From Octopus vulgaris (taxonomy: Eukaryota), in the NCBI GenBank assembly GCA_951406725.2, contig OX597832.1, positions 26,288,001 to 26,352,000 on the forward strand: a DNA stretch of 64,000 nt. Direction: 5' to 3'. Under the pieces are notes generated by a model, which saw nothing but the letters and a program-made list of their open reading frames with translations, had not been told where the DNA came from and made no database searches. This document shows, piece after piece, positions 53,601 through 64,000 of this stretch (the first letter of the stretch is position 1; the number at the start of each line of letters is the position of its first letter). The position numbers and the translations under genes are program-made.

Positions 53601-54644
53601 TATGTTCCAACTCCTCGTTGTTCCAGAAAATACCATCTCTACATTATATTATTCCTGCTACTGTATTCTTCGCTTTCATCCGTAACAGAACTACTTTCAG
53701 GAACATAAATGCGACGTGGGAGTTTCTCATATTGTTTAGGCCTACGTAGAAAAGATTGTGGATCAAAGGAATGAGAGAGAGAGAGAGAGAGGGGGGGATG
53801 AGGCGGGAGAGATAGTATAAGCTAATTCCAAGGGATAATCTTTATCTGGTTGCTGGGATCTCTGGAATTAAGCCTCCCTTTATCCGTTTCATTGTTAACA
53901 GATTTGATTTTTCTGTTTTTCTTTTGGGTATATTTTTGGGATAAAAATATTTCCGTTGGATTTATTTCAAATCTTTTTTCGCTTCCTCTGTTTTTCTTTC
54001 TTTATTTATCCAACCAATCCTTTGTTCTGTATTCAAAGATATTTAAAATATTCCTATTTCATAAATAAAATGAAATTGTTCCCTTTTTGTCTAAATATTC
54101 AACAGATTGTTTTCTATAAAATCTACTTTATTCAAATTTTCTTCACTGTCTTAAATGACGCTATGACAACCACCACCACCAGCACTACCACACACACACA
54201 CACATACACACACACACACATACACACACACACACACACATACACACACACACGTATGCACTTATTCACCCACGTGCAGTAATAAAAAACATTGCTATTC
54301 AAATTAGATTCACAACAAATATCCAAATATGGTTAGAAAGACATTTTCGTAAAACTAGAAGAAAAATCTCTCCATAACAATGGAATCGATGTTGTCAGAT
54401 TCTTATGGATCTATGTCGATGTCGATTGTCAAGATTTCTTTGATAAATAAACACACTTTAGGATGTAAGAAACCTCGACAAACCCTATACGTAAACTCTA
54501 TCCATAAACCTAGCCGTAAACTATCTCAATTCTCTTATAGTCATAATCATGGAAACCTTCCCTGTCCCGCAAAAAAGGGATTGCGAGGAGAAGGAAAAGA
54601 GGGAACCGAATTGATACGGACTTCTTGAATGTATATTGTGCAGT

Positions 54645-54798
54645 TATGGTTTTGCGGTAAGACGTTTGCTTCCCAACCACGTGGTTTCAGTTTCAGTTAC
54701 AGCGCATGGCACCTTGGCCAAGAGTCTTGTACTGTAGTCCTGGGCCGAACAAAATCTTGTGAATGGATTAGGTAAACAGAAACTGACAGAAGTCCGTC

Positions 54799-54885
<87 letters not shown>

Positions 54886-55090
54886 TGTGTCCCTTTCATC
54901 GCTGGACAACCGATGTTAGTGTGTTTATGTGCTTGTGTCCACGTAACTTAGCGGTTCGGAAAAAACAGACCGATAGAATAAGTAGTAGGCTTACAAGGAA
55001 TAAGTCCTGGGGTCGAATTGTTCGACTGAAAGGCGGTACTCCAGCATGGCCGCAGTCAAAATGAGTGAAACAAATAAAAGAGTAGAAGAG
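54645..55090 (+). mobile_element. SINE family B
   Basis: Diverged full-length copy; its tail and flank are duplicated inverted at 57975-58370. Confidence 0.85.
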
Positions 55091-55154
55091 TATTGGAGCT
55101 GGTACCTCCGATGGACATTATCATAGTGGGCATGTTTTGTGCAGAGCCAGTTCT

Positions 55155-55214
<60 letters not shown>

Positions 55215-55218
<4 letters not shown>

Positions 55219-55445
55219 CTTTATTGCCCACAAGGGGCTAAATATAGAGGGGACAAACAAGGACAGACAAACAGATTAAGTCGATTACATCGACCCCAGT
55301 GCGTAACTGGTACTTAATTTATCGACCCCGAAAGGATGAAAGGCAAAGTCGACCTCGGCGGAATTTGAACTCATAACGTAACGGCAGACGAAATACCGCT
55401 GAGCATTTCGGCCGGTGTGCTAACGTTTCCGCCAGCTCACAGCTC
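55215..55445 (-). mobile_element. SINE family A monomer
   Basis: Reverse-complement near-consensus copy. Confidence 0.9.
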
Positions 55446-56289
55446 TCTTTCACTCTCTCTATCTTTCAAACTTGCATTGGTCTGCCACAAGCCCCGTAGT
55501 TACCAGGATGAATGATTCGTATGGAATTGGGTTCTCTTAGATGAGCAGCTAAAGAGCTGAAGGGCCTCATCCACTTTGGATTCGTTGAGGGTGACAATTT
55601 CATAACCTGCTAATTAATCCATAATTGGGAGCCTGGTAGGTGTTGCAAATCGGGATCAGAAAAGGCCTAGGGGTAATAGTCGGCAAAAAGGGACTTCTAC
55701 ACTTCTCAAAACTCTAGAACTCCCCAACCATGACCCCACAACTCTAATGTCGTAGCCGGGACAAGATACACTATACTAAAACGAAGTTTTCGTTTGTGTC
55801 TCTATGACCTATTTCATTACCGAACCTATCACCACTACTACAACCACCACCACAAGTTGAGTCACAACCACCATTCCTACAACTACCAACACGACACCAA
55901 AATTACAACCACCGCCACCACCATCCTAACTACAACCTCCACCACCGCCACTATGACCACCACCATCACTGTCACCACCACTACAATTAACACTGCCGCC
56001 ACAGTCTCCATCATGACCACCACAACCACCACGACCACCACTGCTACCGCTAAAAGTACAATCACCACTAACACCACCACTGCAACCACCACCACCTACA
56101 CCGCCAGAGGCTACAAATCTGTACTGCATGAACTTCCGTACATCACTGATATTTACGGCCATCCATACAAGTGGTATTTGGAATTAGTTTTAAAGCAGCA
56201 ACAGAGATGTTGATGGTGATGACGACAGCGGCGGTAGCGGCTGTGACAGTGACGGGGACAGTAGTGGGGGTGGTAGTGGTAATGATGAT

Positions 56290-56695
56290 GATAAGGAGGA
56301 GGAGGAGGAGGAGGAGGAGGAACTGGAGGAGGAGGGTAAAAGGAAAAGAAGGAAGGAAGGAAGAAAGGAAGGAAGGTAAGAAAGAATGGCAACCAAAACA
56401 AAAACGGAATCAAAACATTGTAAATATTCTCCAAAGAATACAAAAAAAAACACAGCAAAAACAACAATAAACAAACACGAGAAGAAGAAGAAGAAGCGAA
56501 GAAGAAGAAGACGAAGAAGAAGAAGACGAAGAAGAGGGAGGAGGAGGATGAGGAGGAGGAGGAAAAGGAGGAGGAGGAAGAGGAGGAGGAGGAGGAGGAG
56601 GAGGAGAAGAAGAAGAAGAAGAAGAAGAAGAAGAAGAAGAAGAAGAAGAAGAAGAAGAAGAAGAAGAAGAAGAAGAAGAAGAAAAAAAAAGAAGT
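56290..56695. repeat. (GAA)/(GGA) polypurine triplet tracts
   Basis: Directly visible. Confidence 0.9.
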
Positions 56696-57227
56696 GGCGG
56701 TTTTCCAACTGCAACGACAACCACAAAAGCAGACGACACAAATAATCTGCTGTAAATATTTTCTTTTATCAAATTTCTTTTTTCTTTTATATATTTAACG
56801 ATACATCATTTATCTTTCAGTGTATTTCAAGAACGAAGACCATTAAATCGTTTGAGAGGATTCAGAAAATCTTAAAATCTTGATATAATAGACTTCTTTC
56901 TTTTTATTTACATATTTCGGAGCTTCTTTACTCCTTTTCTGCTGTTGTTGTTGTTGTTGTTGTTGTTGGCGGGGGAGGAGGACGTGGGGGAGGGGCTTCT
57001 ACCGTTCGTTAGCGGGAACTATTAGAAAATGAAAATGAAAATGAAAGAAAGGAAAGAAAAATCTAGGACGAAGATATATTTTGCTCTTTTCAGATGACAC
57101 AGTTTTAAAAAAGACGGCGATAATCTAATAAGAATGGAAGACAAAAAAAAGACTTTGGAAAAAGTCTTGTGTTGGATTGGAATATTCTATCTGATTCCAC
57201 TGGTAATCTAATCTGAAATGTACTTCT

Positions 57228-57387
<160 letters not shown>

Positions 57388-57971
57388 TACATATATATAC
57401 TTACCACACACTCACTCCTGCGCATATATATATATACATATATAAAATATATAACATATTATTGGTTATTGCAATATTGTAATATAGACATCATCCTATC
57501 TAACCTATATACATACATATATATATGTATGTATGTATATATATATATATATATATATATAATTCACCAAAGCATATGTATACCAATATGTAATGTGTGT
57601 ATATACATTTACTAATATAGCCAAGTGCACTGATAATTCTTGGTAAAAACGTTGATTTATATTCAAAATAGTTGCCCAGAAATATTCTCGCATTTCCGCT
57701 GATTTTTGTAGGAATTTCTACAACTTAACTTCCTTTCTATGACCTCATGAACTAAGAACCGTATCAGGTCTGTTACACTTGCAGAGAAGAGGAATTGTTT
57801 TCATTCAACTATAGAGTGAGTCCTTTTCTATGGAGCAATGTCCTGGACGCTTACCAAAAGAAAAACTAGAATCTAAGCTAGAAGGAACTTTCAACCGTAT
57901 TTTATGTGCAATCTGAAACATCTCTTGGAGAATTCATCCCACCAAGAAACCGTTGTATGGTTGTTTGAAGG

Positions 57972-58082
<111 letters not shown>

Positions 58083-58146
58083 AGAACTGGCTCTGCACAA
58101 AACATGCCCACTACGATAATGTCCGTCGGAGATACCAGCTCCAACA

Positions 58147-58370
58147 CTCTTCTACTCTTTTACTTGTTTCACTCATTTTGACTGCGGCCATGTTGGAGTA
58201 CCGCCTTTCAGTCGAACAAATCGACCCCAGGACTTATTCTTTGTAGGCCTAGTACTTATTCTATCGGTCTCTTTTTGCCGAACCCCTAAGTTACGGAGAC
58301 ATAAACACACCAGCATCGGTTGTCAAGCGATGAAGAGGGCACAAGTACAGATACACGAATACATACATAC
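58147..58370 (-). mobile_element. SINE family B, 3' half
   Basis: Reverse-complement match. Confidence 0.85.
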
Positions 58371-58374
58371 ATAC

Positions 58375-58407
<33 letters not shown>

Positions 58408-58412
<5 letters not shown>

Positions 58413-58999
58413 TTAAAAATATGAATATATGAAAGAATGGAGCTGAACGACGAATTAACAAAATTCCTTTATGTTTCGAAGGCTGCATATTCCTAATTGC
58501 GAAGGAATAAGGAGTACATTATGCCGCTTTCTCATCAGGAAAAGCAAGGAACTTATGTCAACATCAAAATGCACAAAAACTTTTAGATGATTGCTCACAC
58601 GGAGCCCATAGTGGTAATGAGTGTCTCTTTAAAATATTCCTTTATACTCATTACCACTATGGGCTCCGTGTGAGCAATCATCTAAAAGTTTTTTGTGCAT
58701 TTTGATGTTGACATAAGTTCCTTGCTTTTCCTGATGAGAAAGCGGCATAATGTACTCCTTATTCCTTCGCAATTAGGAATATGCAGCCTTCGAAACATAA
58801 AGGAATTTTGTTAATTCGTCGTTCAGCTCCATTATTTCATATATTCATATTTTTAAAATAAACATACAAATTTCCACACGAAAGCACGTAATCTATGCCC
58901 TAGGCACGTAACTTCGACCGTGTTTTTTCTGATGTGAATTTGCTACCCAGGTATCTGTTAATTCGAATTATCCTTAATAAGATAATTCATTCAACTACT

Positions 59000-59000
<1 letters not shown>
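58408..59000. mobile_element. Penelope-like inverted terminal structure: ~215 bp arms, 23 bp spacer, hammerhead remnant in each arm
   Basis: 58408-58622 is the near-perfect reverse complement of 58646-58861. CTGATGAG at 58731, GAAAC at 58792. Flanked by (TA)n. Confidence 0.8.
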
Positions 59001-59038
<38 letters not shown>

Positions 59039-59562
59039 TAAATTAGAGATAAAACCACTATTAGGCAAATCAAACAGTGAGTGCATGTTCATCTGTGTAC
59101 GCATGTATGTAATGTCTGTAATTATTTGTATGTGTGTGTATACATGTGCATATGCCTATGTATTCATGTATATGTATCTATGTATATATGTGTGTATGTA
59201 TGCATGCAGGTACGTACCTTGGCACATGTATGTGTCTGTAGGGGGAAGGGCAATTCAATCATAAAAAATTGGGGATCTTTTCCTTTTGAACGGCAGTTGT
59301 CAACAGAATTTCCACCTAACTAAACACTTTTAAACTTCGTATTCTGGTAGAATGTGTCAAAATAAAACATTTTTTTCTCTTGGCTTTCTTGAGAAAATTG
59401 TAATTTGTTTGTTTAACGTAGTCTTTACGTTCTGAGTTCAAATCCCGCCGAGGTCGACTTTGCTTTCACCAGTCGAACACCGGGATCAATGCAATCGACT
59501 TAACCCTCCCCTAAAATTGCTGGCATTGTGCTAAAAATTTGAAACCAATTTAATGGACCATA

Positions 59563-59960
59563 TCTTTATATATAAAAGAGAGGTTGTGTGTTGTCTGTCT
59601 CCTACGATTTAGATTCCTAACTACTCCCACATTTTGCGGTGCAGTGTAACCAAAACCGGGTATCTTATAGTCGTGATTCATATCGAGCCCTTCTGGGTAT
59701 TAGCGCGCGTCTACGATGAGTCTACGATTTAAAAAAAAATTTACCATCATTTTTTCCATTTTAATGCATTTTTTCGCTATTATATAAGGGAAGTAACTCT
59801 CTAAAAATGTCTACGATGAGTCAACGATTTAAAAAAAAATTACCATCACTTTTTTCCCATTTTTAATGCATTTTTTTGCTATTTTTTGGCTATAACACTC
59901 TAAAAATGCTTTATAGTTATTTCCCTTACAAACCCGAGCAACGCCGGGCGATACTGCTAG
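59563..59960 (+). mobile_element. complete non-autonomous Helitron
   Basis: 5' TC, 3' hairpin CCCGAGCAACGCCGGG then CTAG, inserted between A and T, no TSD; internal ~70 bp direct duplication. Confidence 0.85.
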
Positions 59961-60500
59961 TTTTTTATACAATACGATATACCGTATTTTAGTGAAGCAG
60001 TGTAGATTTAGATAATTGATTTCAACAACGTACTGTCGTGTCATGCTGTGTTGAGCAGGGCTTGGAATGCTTCTAATGGGGGTTTTTACGCTTCGAATGG
60101 CTTCTTTGGTTTTGATACAAAGCACCATATCATGCCATGATTACGTTATCTACAAAATATGCTCAATGATTGCGCCATTCCTTTTGTAAGCACCTGACAT
60201 TGGCTCGGAGATAGCACCGTTGCCAAGCTGTGTTTGCGCAGCCGTTGTTATTCTTGCTGCCACAGTTATTGTCACATATTATTGTTAAAGCCAATGTTGT
60301 TGCTGTTGTTGTTGTTAGTGGTGGTGTTGTTGTTGTTGTTGTTGGCGTTGGTGTTGAGGATGGTGTAGGTGTTGCTTCTGCCGGCGCAAATCTCTTAACT
60401 CTTTTCTGCACAACCATAAGAACATGCAACGAACTGGGCAACAGAACGCCATTTTATCAATTCACATACGGACATTTATACAAACGTAGACACACATATA

Positions 60501-60537
<37 letters not shown>

Positions 60538-60540
60538 GTA

Positions 60541-60617
<77 letters not shown>

Positions 60618-60920
60618 GAATAAAGAATAGGAAATCCTTGTTATAGAATTATGTATTTGAAAGAGGGAATATAAATGGCTTTTCTGATAATTCTTCCGCT
60701 TTAATAATTAGGTAACTTATAAGTTTTTGTAAACTTATTAAACATTATTAAAGTGGAGAAATGATCAGAAAAGACATTTGTATTAATTTTTTCAAATACA
60801 CACACACACACACTCTCTTATACACACATATACATACGTATACAGAATAATGCATAAATCTACAAATTACAGAAACAGATGGCGATACACACTGAAAATG
60901 TATACAGATACATACGAAAT

Positions 60921-60959
<39 letters not shown>

Positions 60960-61305
60960 CACACTTGTACACTCCCACACACGCACACTTGTGCACGCGC
61001 ACACACACTTACACACGAAAATACACACATTCACGCACACATACCAAAACACAAAATACATATATGCTTATTACGCCAAAATACATACAAATAAACACGC
61101 ACACACACACTCAAATACACACCAAATTTGGATCTTTTCCTTTTGAACGGCAATTTCCAACACAATTTCTAGTTATTAGTTGTTTTTCTATTCATTTTAG
61201 TAACTTACCGATAACATTCTCCAGCCAGAATTTATTTTATCACTTTTATCCAGTAATCAAAAGAGACGTTTGTAAATAGATTCATTACAAAAGAAAGACA
61301 CAGTA

Positions 61306-62589
61306 CGAGGGACGTTCAATAAGTAATGCCTCTGAACCACTTGCAGTTGTTTGATCTAGCTGAAATTTTGCATGTGCAATCATTTATATCTCTATAGAGT
61401 AAGTGGCAAATTACAGCTCTGAATTAATTGTGGTTTCTGATTTACAGGTGTTTGAACCGAGTCAAGTGTGAAATGGAGCCTGTTGGGTGTCGAGCAGTGA
61501 TCCGGTTTTTGTATTTGAAAGGACGCACACCACGGGAGACTTTTGATGAAATGAAAGTAACTTATGGTGATGATGCCCCATCATATGACCTTGTAAAACG
61601 CTGGCATCGTGAATTCAAACATGGTCGGAACTCTGTGGAAACAGCTCCCAGATCTAGTCGCCCCCTTCTGCCATTGATGAGGCATCTGTCCGTCAAGTTG
61701 AGGCTGCCATTTTGGAAGATCGACGCATAATTATTCGCCAAATAGCCCATGAGGTCAAGATTAGTACCAGGTCTGTGGAAACTATCATTCATGACCATTT
61801 GCATATGCAAAAGGTGTCTGCCAGATGGATTCCCAGGTTGCTCACGCCTTTCCAGAAGCAAGAACGCGTCGAGTGCTCGAGGGTGAATTTGGAGATGTGC
61901 CAAGAAGATGAGTCAAAATTTTTCAAAAGACTGATTACACAGGATGAAACCTGGGTCCATCACGATGATCCAGAGACCAAATCCCAGTCAATGCAGTGGA
62001 AGCACCGTGACTCACCCCCTCCAAAGAAGGCAAGGGTGCAGCCCTCTGCTGGCAAGGTCACGCTCACAGTCTTCTGGGACCAGGACGGAGTAGTGATGAC
62101 AGATTTCCTGGCAAAGGGTACCACAATTGCAGGAGACTATTATGCTTCACTTTTGAGGAAATTAAGAGAACTTATCAAAATCAAGAGGCGGGGCAAGATC
62201 AGCAAAGGCATCCTCCTCCTGCAGGACAACGCTCCGGTCCACAACTCGCTTGTCGCCAGATCAGAAGCACAGGCGTATGGCTATGAACTCCTCCCCATAC
62301 TTTCCTGACCTTGCACCCTCTGATTTTCACCTCTTCCCAATCATGAAGTTGTTTTTGAAAGGAAAGCGTTTCCCAGATGATGCAGCCTTGATTTCTGAAG
62401 TCACGTTGAGGTTGGAGGACCAAGCTGGGTTCTTCTGCAAAAACGGTCTCCAGAGCCGCATCAAACGATGGGAGAAATGCGTAACTCTGGGTGGTTCCTA
62501 TGTAGAAACAGACTAATAAGTGTGCCAAGTTTCGTTGCTCTACTGCTATGGGAAGTGGGTCAGGGGCATTACTTATTGAACGCCCCTCG
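61306..62589 (+). mobile_element. full-length mariner element (~1284 bp)
   Basis: TIRs CGAGGGACGTTCAATAAGTAATGCC.CTGA / TCAG.GGCATTACTTATTGAACGCCCCTCG. TA on the left, TTA on the right. Confidence 0.95.
61473..62516 (+). pseudogene. mariner DD34D transposase, two frameshifts (irritans-like)
   Basis: HTH N-terminus, WIPRLL, TQDETW, QDNAPVH, YFPDLAPSDFHLF. Frameshifts near 61665 and 62298; the latter, a ~8 nt deletion, restores D34D spacing when repaired. Confidence 0.93.
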
Positions 62590-63637
62590 TTAATGTTTTC
62601 TCTGATCATTTTCGGAAAGTGACTCACAGTAATTAGGTTGTTCCTTGCGGATCTTTTAATATGTTTAAGTTTCAGTAAGATACAAAAAATATTCGGTTGA
62701 TAAACCAGATACTATTGGTGATAATTTTTAAACCATTTGGTAATACAACATTGATACATATCATTTGTGGATTCTTTTATCATTTAGCATTCGTGAAATT
62801 GTTCGTATGCCATAAAGAAGTCTACATTTACACCTTAAATTAGTTATTTAACACATTGCTTGCCATGAGCCCCATTTGGGGATCTGCTAAAAACAGTCAC
62901 ACTGCTGGTTGTGTGTTGTATTTAAAGTGAATTGCTTATGTATATTGCATTTGCAGAGGTGTGTTTAACAATATTTAGTAATTAAAGTTTGCCATTGTTA
63001 GCTCTGGATAATTCCAGAGGACATTTTATGTTATAAATCGCAATTTTTGAACTACAAAAATATTGACTGTTTTGAAAACTTTTTATTTATTTTATTTTTA
63101 TTTTATTTTTTTGCATTTCCCATTTATATCATTCATTGATATTTCGTACACATTCGCATTTGATACTATAGTTTAAAATAAAACTGAAATGTTTATTATT
63201 GCAATTGAATAGAAAAGTATAAATATGCTTTTTTTCAGCGATCCTCGTTTGGGACTTTTCGAAAAATTTATCATAATTTCCAAAATAATTCACATATGAA
63301 GAAAATTTAAATACTATATATTATTTTAACTCCTAAGACTCCTGGCAAAGCTAAAAAATATGAATAAAAAATTTGGTAGTCAATGGATTAATACCATTGC
63401 TTATCTGTTAATCCTGTTCAAACAAGATTGGATGACTTTTCCTTACTTCCTGTTGGTTGTTGGTTTCACCGTTTCCATAGTATATGTTGTGTTCTAACAG
63501 AGACAAAATATTGTTTTTGTTGTATTCATTATCCATTAATATAACTGCATTTTTCTTTACCAGATTCTTTATCATTCATCAGTTCAATTGCATGTTTCCA
63601 TTGAACAGTGTTGAATATTTAAAAACCACCGTGGTAC

Positions 63638-64000
63638 ATCGTCGGTTGCGACGACGAGGGTTCCAGTTGAACCGATCAACAGAAAGCCTGCTCATGAAAT
63701 TAACGTGCAAGTGGCTGAGCACTCCACAGACACGTGTATCCTTAACGTAGTTCTCAGGGAGTTTCAGTGTGACACAGAGTGTGACAAGGCTGGCACATTT
63801 GAAATACAGGTACAACAGAAACAGGAAGAAAGAGTGAGAGAAAGTTGTGGTGAATGAGTACAGCAGGGTTGGCCACCAACCCTTGCTGGAGCCTCGTGGA
63901 GCTTTTAGATGTTTTCATTCAATAAACACGCACAACGCTCGGTCTGGGAATCGAAACCGCGATCCTACGACCATGAGTCCGCTGCCCTAACCACTGGGCT
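63638..64000 (-). mobile_element. chimeric SINE: family D head/body plus family C tail
   Basis: 63817-64000 matches 52512-52690 and 63638-63816 matches 30580-30755. Confidence 0.8.

Overview
AT-rich eukaryotic non-coding DNA. From the SINE families and microsatellite density it is most likely a coleoid cephalopod (Octopus-like) genome; this is inference. No intact host protein-coding exon was recognised, and almost all listed ORFs are translations of microsatellites or SINEs. The window contains: (1) dozens of tRNA-derived SINEs of at least four modular families, some as head-to-tail concatemers with a fixed junction; (2) three 5'-truncated R4/Dong-like restriction-like-endonuclease retrotransposons at (TAA)n tracts, one with an intact ~340-codon frame; (3) a full-length but frameshifted mariner (DD34D); (4) relics of hAT and Tc1/maT transposases, a pogo/Tigger-type MITE, a TTAA MITE and non-autonomous Helitrons; (5) about ten type I hammerhead-ribozyme-like motifs in Penelope-like terminal remnants near (TA)n tracts, including non-canonical cores (U3-A8 swap, U4C) and a ~450 bp palindrome. 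A probable first, non-coding exon with promoter lies on the minus strand near 9.0-9.5 kb, so most of the window may be upstream regulatory DNA. Several local inverted duplications and foldbacks are present. All coordinates were read by eye and boundaries are approximate.
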